The notes under the pieces: model-generated
Database searches by the model: none
What the model was told of the DNA's origin: nothing
What the model saw: only the letters and a program-made list of their open reading frames with translations
Assembly: GCF_006345805.1 (NCBI RefSeq)
Contig: NC_043014.1
Span: forward strand, 49,724,001-49,788,000
Direction of reading: 5' to 3'
DNA length: 64,000 nt
Origin: Octopus sinensis
Taxonomy: Eukaryota
Part shown: positions 10,810 through 24,149 of the stretch, piece by piece
How positions within the stretch are numbered: position 1 is the first letter of the stretch
Layout: the number at the start of each line of letters is the position of its first letter
Made by a program: the position numbers and the translations under genes

Positions 10810-11540
10810 CATCATCGTCATCGTTTAATGTCTGCTTTCCATGCTGGCATGGGTTGGACGGTTTGACTGAGGACTGGCAAGCCAGAAGGCTGCACCAGAC
10901 TCCAGTCTGATCTGGCAAAGTTTCTACAGCTGGATGCCCTTCCTAACTGCCAACCACTCCGAGAGGGTAGTGGGTGCTTTTTACATGCCACCCGCATGGG
11001 AGCCAGTCAACAACCATGCTAGAATCGTGCTTTATATGTCCCACTGGCACAGGACCAGTCAGCCGGCACTGGCATCAACCATGCTTGAATATTGCTTTTT
11101 ATGTGCCACCAGCATGGGAGCCAGTCAGGCGGCACTGGCAACAACCACACTTGAATGGTGCCTTTTATGTGCCACCAGCACAGGACCAGTCAGGCAGCAC
11201 TTGAATGTTGCTTTGTATGTGCCACAGGAATGGGAGCCAGTCAGGCGGAACTGACAACGACCACACTCAAATGGTGCTTTTTGATGTCTGGCATCAACCA
11301 TGCTTGAATATTGCTTTTTATGTGCCACCTGTATGGGCGCCAGTCAGGCAGCACTGGTAATGATCACGCTCGAATGCTGCTTTTTACGTTCCACTGGCAC
11401 GGGTGCCACTCAGGCACTGTCATTGGCCACGACAATGACTTCACTTGTCTCAACAGGTCTTCACAAGCACAGTTTATTGCCCAGTGATTGAAGGATACTC
11501 TTAATTGGGCCGGTTCTTGGAGGTAATGATTAACTGAGAT
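10810..11540 (-). mobile_element. RTE LINE 3' UTR copy with an expanded internal ~60-bp repeat
   Basis: The reverse complement of the (gat)n tail is at about 10810. It has about 7 gtgcc-nnn-ggcac units and 5' similarity to 16610-16640. Confidence 0.75.
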
Positions 11541-11709
11541 AGTATTGGCTATCATATAGTGTTGTACATCTATTAGTGATCATAGCATTGATCATGATAG
11601 TTTAGGGTTGCCATACGTTTGTATTTTCCAAGACATGTCCTGGATTCTGGTGTCAAAATTTGCATCTAGAAGTTCAGAATTTCAGCGTCCACCACTTTAT
11701 ATATATATA

Positions 11710-12090
11710 GGAGTGGCTGTGTGGTAAGTAGCTCGCTTACCAACGACATCGTTCCAGGTTCAGTCCCACTGCGTGGCACCTTGGGCAAGTGTCTTCTACT
11801 ATAGCCTCGGGTCAACCAAAGCCTTGTGAGTGGATTTAGTAGACAGAAACTGAAAAAACCCGTCATATATTATCATCATCGTTTAACGTCCATTTTCCTT
11901 GTGTATGTGTATGTTTGTGTGTCTGTGTTTGTCCCCCCAACATCGCTTGACAACCAATGCTGGTATGTTTATGTCCGTGTCACTTAGCAGTTCGGCAAGA
12001 GAGACTGATAGAATAAGTACTAGGCTTCCAAAGAATAAGTCCTAGGGTTGATTTGCTTGACTAAATGACTGAAACAAATAAAGGGATAAA
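11710..12090 (+). mobile_element. CORE-type SINE, family A (interrupted)
   Basis: ggagtggctgtgtggtaag head, caccttgggcaag core and a tail ending gactgaaacaaataaa. Confidence 0.8.
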
Positions 12091-12109
12091 AGAATATATA
12101 TATATAATT

Positions 12110-13727
12110 TTTTTTACTTTCTCTCTCTCCCCATCTTTTTCACTCTAACCCCCTATTTCTCTCTCTCCCCCTCTCTTTCTCCCTCTCTCTCCCAATCTTT
12201 CTATCACACCCCATTTTCTCTTTCTCTCTCTCTCCCTCTTACTCTCTCCACCGTCTTTCTCTCCCCATCATTCTCTCTCTCCCTCCGTCTTTCTCTCTCT
12301 CCCCATCTTTCTCTCACTCCCCCTCTTTATCTTTCTCTCTCTCTCTCCTCATCTTTTTTCCCTCACCTCATCTTTCTATCTCCATCTTTTTCTCTCCTCT
12401 TTTTCTCGCTCTCTCTCCCTCTTTCTCGCTCTCCCCCTCTTTCTGTCTCTACCCATATTTCTCTCACTCTCCCCATCTTTCTCTCCTCTCCCCATCATTC
12501 TCTGTCTCTCCCTCTCTTTGTCTCTCTGCCCATCTTTCTCTCTCTCTTTCCCCATCTTTTCCACTCTCACCCTCCCTTTCTCTCCCCATTTTTCTCACTC
12601 TCCCCATCATTTTCTCTCTCTCCCTCCATCTTTCTCTTTCTTGCCATCTTTCTATCTCTCCATCTTTTTCTCTCTCCCTCTCTTTCTTTCTCTCTCTCCC
12701 CATTTTTTACTCTCTCTCCATCTTTTCTCTCTCTCTCCCCATCTTTCTCACCTTCCCCATCTTTGTCTTTCTCTCCCTCCATTTCTCTATCTCCCCATCG
12801 TTTTCTCTTCTCCCTCTCTTTTTCTCCCCCTCTCTCTCTCCCCATCTTTTTATCTCTCCCCCATCTTTCTCTCTCTCCCTCTCACTCCCCATCTTTTTCA
12901 CTCTCACTGTTCCCATCTCTCTCTCTCTTTCTCTCTTCCTCTCTCACCCCATTTCTCTCTGTCCCCATTGTATTCTCTCTCTCCCTCTCCTTCTCTCTCT
13001 CTCTACCCATCTTTCTCTTTCTTGCATGTTCTATTCTCTTCCAATTCTCTCTATTTTTGTCTCTCCATCTTTCTTTTTCTCTCTCATTTTCTCTATTCTG
13101 TCCCTCTCTTTCTTTCTTTTTCTCTCCCCATATTTTTCTCTCCTTCCCCATCTTTCTCTCTCTCCCTATCTTTCTCTCTCTCTCCCCATCCTTTTCTTTC
13201 ACTCTTCCCATGTTTCTCTTTCTCTCCCCATCTTTCTCTCTCCACTCTTTCTCCCCCTCTTTCTCTCTCTCCCCCTCTTGCTCTCCCTCTCCCTCCCCAT
13301 CGTTTTCTCTCTCTCCCTCTCCTTCTCTCTCTTGCTACCCATCTTTCTCTCCCTTGCCATTTTTCTATCTCTCCCCGTTTTTTTACTCTCTCTCTGCTAT
13401 TTCTCTCTCTCTCCCCATCTTTCTCTGTCTCTCTCCATCTTTCTCTCTCTGCCCTTCTTTTTCACTCTCACCCTCTCTTTCTCTCCCTTTCTCCCCATCT
13501 TTCTCTCCCTCTTTCTGTCTTTTCATCTTTCTCTTTCTCCCCATCTTTCTCACTCTCTCCTCTTTCTCTCTCTCTCTCCCTCTCTTATTCTCTCTCCTCT
13601 CTTTCTCTCTCTCTTCATCTTTTTCTCTCTCTCTCCCCATTTTTCTCCCTCTCTCCCCACCTTTCTCTTCATTTCTGTCTCTAATTCTCATCATTTCACT
13701 CTACCTCTCTATTTCCCCATCATTTTA

Positions 13728-13763
<36 letters not shown>

Positions 13764-14065
13764 CATTTCTTTTTCCCCCTCACTTTTTTCCTATCACTCT
13801 CTCTTTATCACTCTCACCATCTCTTCCCTCTCTCTCTTTGTATCTCCATCCCCCTCTCTCTCTCAGTCCTCCTAACTCTCACTCAACCCTTTTAGCCCTT
13901 ACCTTTTCCCATCTCGCTCATCATCTCTCCTTCTTCCTCTCTATCTCTATCTTTCTCCATATGTGTCTCTGTATCTTTCGGGTGATGATGATGATGATGA
14001 ATCTCACTCTCTATCATCTCTCTCTGTCTTTCTCTTCGTCTCTCTATTTCCAACTATCTCATTTA
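12110..14065. repeat. About 2-kb polypyrimidine tract built from degenerate ccccatctttctctctct units
   Basis: The + strand is almost purely C/T. It is the source of the spurious 289-388 aa ORFs. Confidence 0.9.
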
Positions 14066-14719
14066 CCTCTCCTTCTGCATAGGTGCAGGAGTGGCTATGC
14101 TTACAAACCATATGGTTCCGAGTTCAGTCCCACTGCGTGGCACCTTGGGCAAGTGGCTTCTACTATAGCCTCAGGCCGACCAAAGCCTTGTGAGTGGATT
14201 TGGTAGACGGAAACTGAAAGAACCCTGTCGTATATATATATATATATATATGTACCATCATCATCATCATCATCATCATCGTTTAGCATCTGCTTTCCAT
14301 GCTAGCATGGGTTGGACGGTTCAACTGGGGTCTGGGAAACCAAAAGGCTGCACCAGGCCAAGTCTGATATGGCAATGTTTCTACGACTGGATGCTCTTCC
14401 ACACGCCAAGTGCCCTTCCTAACGCCAAACGTGTGTGTGTGTGTGTATATATATATATGTGTATGTGTGTGTATATGTTTGTGTGTCTGTGTTTGTCCCT
14501 CCAACATCACTTGACAACCGATGGTGGTGTGTTTACGTCCCCGTAACTTAGCGGTTCGGCAAAAGAGAAACCGATAGATTAAGTACTAGGCTTACAAAGA
14601 ATAGGTCCTGGGGTCGATTTGTTCGACTAAATGCGGTGCTCCAGCATGGCCACAGTCAAATGACTGAAACAAGTAGAAGAAAAAAATATCTTCATTTCTT
14701 TCTCTTCATCACTTCCTAT

Positions 14720-15150
14720 GTATTGGCGCTACTTTAGCATGCAGTCTACCTGATCATTTACACTTTGGTGTGCATTTTACCCCTAACCCTAAACACTAAC
14801 TGTAACCCTAAACCATAATTGAAACCCCGAACTCTAAACCTTAACCCTAACCTTAAACCCTAAATCCTAAATTTTAAACCCTAACCCTAAACACTTATTG
14901 TAACCCTAAGCCATACCCCTAACCCTAACCTTAAACCCTAAATCCTAATTCTAACTTTAAATCCTAATCTTAATCTTAAACCCTGACCCTAACCTCTAAA
15001 CCTGACCTTAAACCCTAACCTTAAATCCTAGACCTTAACCCCTAACCCTAAATAGTAAACCTCAACCAGACCTTAAACCCTAAACCTTAACCAAAACCAT
15101 AACCCTAAGCCCTAAACCCTATTCCTAACCCAGATTAGGTCATTTCACAG
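14720..15150. mobile_element. Element with a degenerate (CCCTAA)n-like internal array, possibly Helentron/HINE-like
   Basis: ctacctgatcatttacacttt ... (ccctaa/cctaaa)n ... cagattaggtcatttcacag. The same flanks with a shorter array occur at 49730-49870. Confidence 0.55.
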
Positions 15151-15683
15151 TTTATACCAGTGGTTCCTAACCTGTTGTTCGTGGACCCTAGGTGGTCCGC
15201 AAAGGTAATATTGGGAGTTCATGAACTAAATTAAAAATTTCACCCCCACCCCACACACACATGTATGTATATATGTATCTATCTATATATCTCTCTATAT
15301 ATAAAGCTGAAGTTGTCTGTGTATGGCAGGTTTGGTAGCCTTCAACTGACACTATCTCCTCCGAGACCCTGCGGCGCAAGTTGACCAAAATTGAGAGTAT
15401 GATAGAAGAAGGCTTGCTCTTCCTTCCGTAGAAGAAAAAAATTCAAATTGGACCATGTTAACGCCAAAAATTATTTATATCAAAAAGGTACTTTTTTTTC
15501 TATGAAAATCCCTATTTTTTACGATTTTTTTTACTGCTGTGTTGCCATTTTGCGGTGTATTTCAAGCAGAAAAATGTTCACTTAAAGAGAATAACAAGCT
15601 ACATAATGCAAAATTTTTACTTTTCAAAAATTCCAATTCTAAAGGGTTGAAACAAACCCGAGCAATGCCGGGTGATACTGCTA

Positions 15684-15736
<53 letters not shown>

Positions 15737-15775
15737 ATATATATTATATATATATATATATATTATATATATATG

Positions 15776-17085
15776 CAATCTGTAGGAAAGGTGTAGTAGA
15801 AACTCCATAAGATGCACCCAGTGTAAGCTATGGACGCATAAGAGGTGCAGCAACATCAAAGGGAAATTAACTGATAAGATAGCTTTCATGTGCGGCAGAT
15901 GCACAGGGACAATAGACACCACAAATACTCAGAAAACAGATTCCATCACACTCCAGGGGGAGAAACTAGAAGTAGTTGATAGTTTCCGCTACCTGGGTGA
16001 CTAAGTTAGTAGTGGAGGTGAATACTCAGAGAGTATCACCACTAGAATACGAATAGCCTGGGCAAAGTTTAGAAAGCTCCTACCCCTACTGGCGACAAAG
16101 GGTCTCTCACTCAGAGTGAAAGGTAGATTGTATGATGCATGTGTGCGAACTGCCATGCTTCACGGTAGTGAAACATGGGCCGTGACTGCAGAGGACATGC
16201 ATAGACTTGAAAGAAATGAAGCTAGCATGATCCGCTGAATGTGTAATGTCAGTGTGAATGCACAACAGAGTGTAAGCACCCTGAGAGAAATGCTAGACAT
16301 AAGAAGCATCAGATGCGGTGTGCAAGAGCGACGCTTGCGATGGTATGGTCATGTAATGCGGATGGATGAGGAGAGATGTGTGAAGAAGTGCCACTCCCAA
16401 ACAGTTGAAGGAATCAGGGGGAGAGGTAGACCCAGGAAGACATAGGATGAGGTAGTCAAGCATGATCTCAGAGCGTTGGGCCTCACTGAGGCAATGGCGA
16501 AGGACCGAGATCTCTGGAGATGTGCTGTGACTACAAAGACCCGGGACGCTTCCGGCTCCAGTTCCGCATAGCCCCCGCCCATTCAAAGTACCTTGGATCC
16601 CGGAACATCTCGCTGTGCTTGAGGAGACCTGTTGAGTCAAGTGCATGTACACGAACATCGAAACAAATATCAATGGAAACAGTAGTTGTGATACCTGTGT
16701 CGGTGGCACATAAAAAGCACATCCGAACGTGGCCGTTGCCAGCGCCGCCTCAACTGGCTTCTGTGCCGGTGGCACATAAAAAGCACCATCCGAATGTGGC
16801 CAATGCCAGCGCCGCCTTGGCTGGCTTCCGTGCCGGTGGCACGTTAAAAGCACCAACCGAGCGTGGTCGATGCCAGACCCCCCCCCCCCGGCACCTGTGC
16901 AGGTGGCACGTAAAAAGCACCCACTACACTCGCGGAGTGGTTGGCGTTAGGAAGGGCATCCAGCTGTAGAAACACTGCCAGATCAGACTGGAGCCTGGTG
17001 CAGCCCTGGCTTCCCAGACTCCGGTCGAACCGTCCAACCCGTGCTAGCGCGGAAAACGGACGTTAAACGATGATGATGATGATGA
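15776..17085 (+). mobile_element. 5'-truncated RTE-clade LINE: RT C-terminus plus 3' UTR ending in (GAT)n
   Basis: Translation gives ICRKGV/RNSIRCTQCKLWTHKRC..FMCGRC..LEVVDSFRYLGD*VSSGG..WAKFRKLLPLL..KGRLYDACVRTAMLHGSETW..RRLRWYGHVMRM..RGRGRPRKT. The 3' UTR is identical in layout to the family C copies. Confidence 0.9.
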
Positions 17086-17399
17086 TAATGATATAAATAT
17101 ATATATATACATAATGATAAGCATATTAAAAGGGGTCTGTGGGAAAACTCATTTAAATAAAAGGGGTCCTTGGTAGTGAAACGGTTGGGGACCACTGGTT
17201 TATACTATAGATACAGTGGCAGATCGAACCATTTCTCCCCCCTCTCTCTCTCCCTGTTTCTCTTCCTCTCCCTGTCCCTTTCTCTCCCCACTCCCCAAAC
17301 TGAACATAGTTTGGTCTGTTTGGTTTGTTAACCCACCTCGTGCCTTCCCACCTACACACACACACACATACACGCATGGGTTTTGTCTGCTAGACATCT

Positions 17400-17806
17400 C
17401 TCTTTTACTCTTTTACTCATTTCAGTCATTTGACTGCGACCATGCTAGAGCACTGCCTTTAATCGAGCAACTCGACCTCGGGAATTATTCTTTTGTAAGC
17501 CCAGTACTTATTCTATCGGTCTCTTTTGCCGAACCGCTAAGTAACGGGGACATAAACACACCAGCATCGGTTGTCAAGCAATGCTAGGGGGACAAACACA
17601 CTCACACTAACACACACACACACACGCATATATATACATATATACGACGGGCTTCTTTCAGTTTCCGTCTACCAAATCCACTCACAAGGCTTTGGTCGGC
17701 CCGAGGCTATAGTAGAAGATACTTGCCCAAGGTGCCACGCAGTGGGACTGAACCCGGAACCATGTGGTTGGTAAGCAAGCTACTTACCACACAGCCACTC
17801 CTGCGC
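17400..17806 (-). mobile_element. CORE-type SINE, family A
   Basis: Near full-length reverse-complement match to 44522-44936. Confidence 0.85.
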
Positions 17807-18471
17807 CTACTAATCTCTGTTACTGATGCATACACACCAGCACACACATACTGGCATGCTCATATACATACTAACATAAAAATTAAAGATACACACACAC
17901 ACACACACACTAGTTTGGTTTGCTACTATACGGATCTTTCTCAATTGTTGCTATATTATTATTGCTTGGTCACATACACACACACACATTTTACTAGCTC
18001 TGGGTTTCGGTAACAGCTCCTCAAAAACATTCCTTTTTACACACACACTCTCTCTCTTTCTCCCTCCCTCTCTCTCTCTCTCTCTCTCGTTCTCCCCTCT
18101 ATCGTTCACCGATGCTTTTCCTCCTCTTATATTTCTATCTATCTTCCTCCATTTTTCATTAACGTTTTTCTCCTCCTCCCTCTCTCTCTCTTCTCCCTAT
18201 CTGTCTGTCTATCTATCCATCAGTCAGTCTGTCTGTCTATCTTCTTCCATATTTCATTTACTGACACTGTTTACATCTCTTTCTCTTTCTAAATATATAT
18301 CTCTGTCTGTTTTCCTCCCTATATCATTCCCTACCTCTCCTTCACAATACCCTCTCTATCATCTTTCACCCTATTTATCTATCATCCTCCGCCTATCTCC
18401 CTTCTTATTTCCCTCTCTCTATAATTACTATCTTTCATAACACACCCTCGCTTGCGCCGTTACGTATGACT

Positions 18472-18530
<59 letters not shown>

Positions 18531-18832
18531 CCTTTCTGCTACAGGCACAAGGGCTGGTATTTTGGGGGAGGGGCTAGTCGGTTACATCGACCTCCGTACT
18601 CGACTGGTACTTATTTTATCGACCCCCGCCAAAAAAAAAAAAAAAAAAAAAAAAAGCTGCGAGGCAAAGTCGACCTTGGCGTAATTCGAACTCAGAACAT
18701 TAAGGGTCGGAAAAAAATGCCGCTAAGCAATTCTGTCCGGCGTGCTAACGACTCAATTATCGCCACTTTTATAATAATAATATAATAATAATAATAATAA
18801 TATCAACAACAACAATAATAACAACAACAATA

Positions 18833-18892
<60 letters not shown>

Positions 18893-19275
18893 TCAACAAC
18901 AACAATAATAACAACAACAATAATAGTAATAATAATAATAATAATAATTATTATTATTTCTTTACTACCTACAAGGGGCTAAACACAGAGGGGACAAACA
19001 AGGACAGATATCGACACCAGTGCGTAACTGGTACTTAATTTATCGACCCCGAAAGGATGAAAATAATAATAAATAACCATAATTCTTTCTACTCTAGGCG
19101 CAAATGCCTGAAATTTGGGGGCAGTCGAAAGGATGACAAGGCAAAATCGATCCCGGCCGAATTTGAACTCAGAACGTAGAGTCGGAAGAAATGCCGCTAA
19201 GATATTTCGTCCGGCATGCTAACGATTCTGCCATCGCCGCTTTTTATAAATGCTCCGACTTGTATCACTAAAGAC

Positions 19276-19315
<40 letters not shown>

Positions 19316-19944
19316 ACTCCCCGCCGTCTCCACCATACTCCTTCACTCTGTCTCTCACTCACTTAATCACGCACTAACACCCTCAATTAACAACGTCACT
19401 CTTACTCATTCACCGTCTCTCACACTCTCTCTCTATCACGTTCTTTCTATCTCTCTTTCATGCTTATACTTTCCCCTCTCTCTCAAAAATCTGTCTCAGT
19501 CTCTTTCCCTCCAACTATCCCTTTCTGTCACTCCACTTCCCTCCGTCTCTCATTCTACTCTGTCTCCTCTTCCCACTTTGACTCTCACCTCTTCTATCTC
19601 TCTCTCTTTCTGTCTCCTCCTCTCTTATCTCACTTGCTTCCTCTCTCTCTCCTTATATGTAATCACTTCCTCCCTCCCTCTCACTTATTTCATTTGATTC
19701 CTCTTTCTGTATACGTAATCTCTCTTCCTCCGCCTCAATCTCAATCCCTTCCCTCTCGCTCTTCTCCTTACTGTCTTTTCCTCTCTCTCTTACTCATTTC
19801 TCTCCCTTCCTATCACTTACTTCCTCCTCTATATATTTATATCAGCCTCTCTCTCTCTCTGTCCCTCTCACTCCGTTCCCTGTTTCTCTCTCTCCCTCTC
19901 TCCCGCGCTCCATTCCCCTCTATATCTTTCGCTTCCCCCCTCTC

Positions 19945-20419
19945 TCTACGCATGTGTTGTTGTGTGCCGACTGCGAAGCCGTCTCCCACTACGTCAGTCG
20001 GTCTACTGTTACCGCCACCACCACCAACCTCTTGCGCGCACGCTCCACCAGAGGATTTTTTTAAGCTCGTCGTTAGCACACGTTTTGCTTTCTGCCCTCT
20101 GTCGTGGCCCCCCAAAAATAACAGCATCTCTTGTTTTTTTTTTTAATTCCCCCCCTCCCAACCCTCTTCTTTCCACCACCACACACACACACACACACAC
20201 ATCTGTACATATATAAATATATATATATGTATATATAAATATACACACAATCACATATATATATATATATACATACATATATATATATATAAGGTGTAAC
20301 ATTTTTTTTTTTCAACTGTTCGATTCGGCTTTGGCTTTTTTTTTTTTTTACCAATTCTTTCATTCGGGGTCGATCACACACCAGCCATCAAGCTGAATTC
20401 CTTGTTCTTTCTCTCCAAG
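19945..20419 (+). promoter_or_regulatory. Probable promoter / 5' UTR of the Galpha-s gene
   Basis: CpG-retaining unique sequence directly upstream of the ATG, with TACGTCA (19990-19996) and TGCGCGCA (20033-20040). The TSS cannot be determined from sequence. Confidence 0.55.
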
Positions 20420-20549
20420 ATGGGGTGCTTCCGCCGTACCAGGGAGGACGAAGATGATAAACTACGCAAAGAGCAGAATAAGAAGATTGAAAAGCAACTG
20501 CAAAAGGACAAACAAGTCTATAGATCTACACACAGACTCTTGTTACTAG
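20420..20549 (+). CDS. GNAS: G protein alpha-s subunit, coding exon 1
   Basis: ATG GGG TGC ... encodes [43 protein letters not shown]+G. [24 protein letters not shown] is diagnostic of Gs. The phase-1 donor is G|gtcagt. Confidence 0.97.
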
Positions 20550-20630
20550 GTCAGTGTCTTTGAGAAGAATGAGACATTTTTTCTCTCTTCTTCTTTCTTC
20601 CTCTCTTCTTCTTCTTCTTCCTTTGGTGCT

Positions 20631-20661
<31 letters not shown>

Positions 20662-20921
20662 GCGCTGGTCTTCTCTCACTTTCCTTTTTTTTTTCCCTCC
20701 CTTCTTTGTTTATTTTTATTTGAAAGGAATATCTGTATGTTTGTTTGTTTTTTTTTCTTTTACCGATTCGTTCCGAGACATCAACACACACACACACACA
20801 CACACACTAATATCTCTCTACTTACAAAATACATATCTATATTCAGACATCACATCTTTCTACTTGTATTCACACACGCCTATACATACATTCACAGATA
20901 TATATATATAATGTGTGTGTG

Positions 20922-21024
<103 letters not shown>

Positions 21025-22249
21025 ATATATATATTTATATATATATATATACATACACGTTATATATGTGTTTGTAATACATACACTTAAATTTGTAATG
21101 ACATAAACACGCACTTAAATATCTATTGACATAGGTATGTGTACAAGTATATACACACATGTGTGTGTGTACATTAAGTCACATAGACTGTCATACAGGT
21201 TACACATGTACACACAAACACAGATCGGCATACCTATACATATATGCACTCGCCCACTGACATGTAGTCATACACAAATAGTAATTTGACAATCATACAC
21301 ACACGTCTGACATATAACTATGTATTTACAGAAGTAACAGTTATATATACACACACATATATACGCACAAACATGACATACACATGTACACACACACACA
21401 CACACACATATATAGGTATACATATGCATACACACAGCTGACATAATCATATACAAGTATAGACACATACATAACTGACATTTACTCATACACACACATT
21501 CGATATAATCATATACATATAGAACTGACAGTCGTACACACATATACACACTGGACTGATATACAGTTATACAGCACATATATACACTGGACTGATCATA
21601 GTGTCACACACTCTAAATTAATGTATTGTCATTCACATATACACCTACACAGAATTGGTATATATATATATATATGATGATGATGATATATACACACACA
21701 CAAGGTTAACAGATATATGTATACACCCGTGTACTCTCACACACATATATATATACAGACACAATGAATTGATATATATGTTGTCATACACACATTGAGC
21801 TGACACAAACCATACACGTACATACATGCACATATAGATGCCATACAGTTAGTCTTTCCATATATACACACCTACCTTTAGATACACACACGCTTACAGT
21901 TGTCCATCAGCTCATATGTGGAGCTTTTGAAGACTGCATCTCAATCGTTTATACTTTACATACATCTATACATACATTATGTATGATCACAAGTAAAACG
22001 GACATGTCATACACGTAGATACCACAAATACATAAGCATGGACTCGAATTAATAACCATACGTAGATGACACACACGAAGATAGTTCTACATGTATGTCA
22101 TATAGAATTGCCATACACTGTCACACACGATCACGGCATACAAACCATCATACACACAGCAGTGGCGTAGTTATACTCACATACATACATTACTGTTATA
22201 TATGGCCATACACACATACCGAATCTACTGAGTCATAAATGTTATACAT

Positions 22250-22259
22250 ACGTACATAC

Positions 22260-22294
<35 letters not shown>

Positions 22295-23261
22295 GTGTCA
22301 TACATTGACATACGTGAATAACACTGACTTACAGCCATGCACACATATTGTTGCTATATATAGCCATATACACTCATACGTATTACTGTTATATATAGCC
22401 ATACACATACACGTACATACGTATTACTGCTATGATACAGTCATACACTCGCTTAATTACACTGACATAACCAAACATCACAGCCATACGTATGTATGTA
22501 TGTATGTATGTAGTATGTATGTATGTATGTATGTATGTATGTATGTATGCATACACACTGCTGTGTAGCCATACACTCATATATGCTCGATCGACTCTTT
22601 ATAATATATATATATATATATGTACATATATATATAACACAGTGTTACTAAATCTCTGATTTCCTAGAAAATTTTCATTTATATCTGGTTTCCCTATTCG
22701 CGTTGTCGTCACACCCCCTCATTTATTTATATTCCCCTTAAAACGAAAACAACAGCTTAACTCCCGTATACATTAAAAGATGAGCGATTGTGTGTGAGTG
22801 TGTGTATATATATAGATATATATTGTATGTGTGAAGAAAGACAAGAAAAGGTTAGACTGTTATAAATTATATTACTATAACATACATCTAACTGGTTTTC
22901 TCATTTCCCCCATTTTATAATCAGTTCCACCGTTAAAGAAATATATAATTGTATATTTAGCTCATATATATTATATATATATATATAGTGTGTGTATGTG
23001 TGAGTGAGTACACAGACATTTGTGTTTATATATATATACACACACACACACACACGCATTTATATATATTGTATACATACATACATATATATATATTATA
23101 TATATTATATATATTATATATATATATATATATATCCCCTGTAATATATTACTCGTATATATTATATAATATATATGTTAATGTATATTATGTTTATAAA
23201 AGCACTAATGTAAAATATATAAGGGTTGCGAGTTGTCTTTAATTAGATTACCAAGAAATAC

Positions 23262-23298
<37 letters not shown>

Positions 23299-24094
23299 GT
23301 GTCATACATTGACATACGTGAATAACACTGACTTACAGCCATGCACACATATTGTTGCTATATATAGCCATATACACTCATACGTATTACTGTTATATAT
23401 AGCCATACACATACACGTACATACGTATTACTGCTATGATACAGTCATACACTCGCTTAATTACACTGACATAACCAAACATCACAGCCATACGTATGTA
23501 TGTATGTATGTATGTATGTATGTATGTATGTATGTATGTATGTATGTATGTATGTATGTATGCATACACACTGCTGTGTAGCCATACACTCATATATGCT
23601 CGATCGACTCTTTATAAATATATATATATATATATGTACATATATATATAACACAGTGTTACTAAATCTCTGATTTCCTAGAAAATTTTCATTTATATCT
23701 GGTTTCCCTATTCGCGTTGTCGTCACACCCCCTCATTTATTTATATTCCCCTTAAAACGAAAACAACAGCTTAACTCCCGTATACATTAAAAGATGAGCG
23801 ATTGTGTGTGAGTGTGTGTATATATATAGATATATATTGTATGTGTGAAGAAAGACAAGAAAAGGTTAGACTGTTATAATTATATTACTATAACATACAT
23901 CTAACTGGTTTTCTCATTTCCCCCATTTTATAATCAGTTCCACCGTTAAAGAATTATATAATTGTATATTTAGCTTCATATATATATATATATATATATA
24001 GTGTGTGTATGTGTGAGTGAGTACACAGACATTTGTGTGTTTATATATATATACACACACACACACACGCATTTATATATATTTGTATACATAC

Positions 24095-24149
<55 letters not shown>

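Noticed and set aside
10960-11420. CRISPR-like array of palindromic repeats
   Set aside because: The intervening sequences are homologous to each other rather than unique spacers. This is the tandem unit of an RTE 3' UTR in a eukaryote, and there are no cas genes.
12518-13895. Long ORFs of 289-388 aa (S/L/F/P-rich)
   Set aside because: These are stop-free readings of a CT-rich low-complexity tract, with no domain and no splice context.
14770-15130. True telomere or chromosome-fusion scar
   Set aside because: The array is highly degenerate, single-orientation and enclosed by flanks that recur at 49730-49870, so it is part of a dispersed element.
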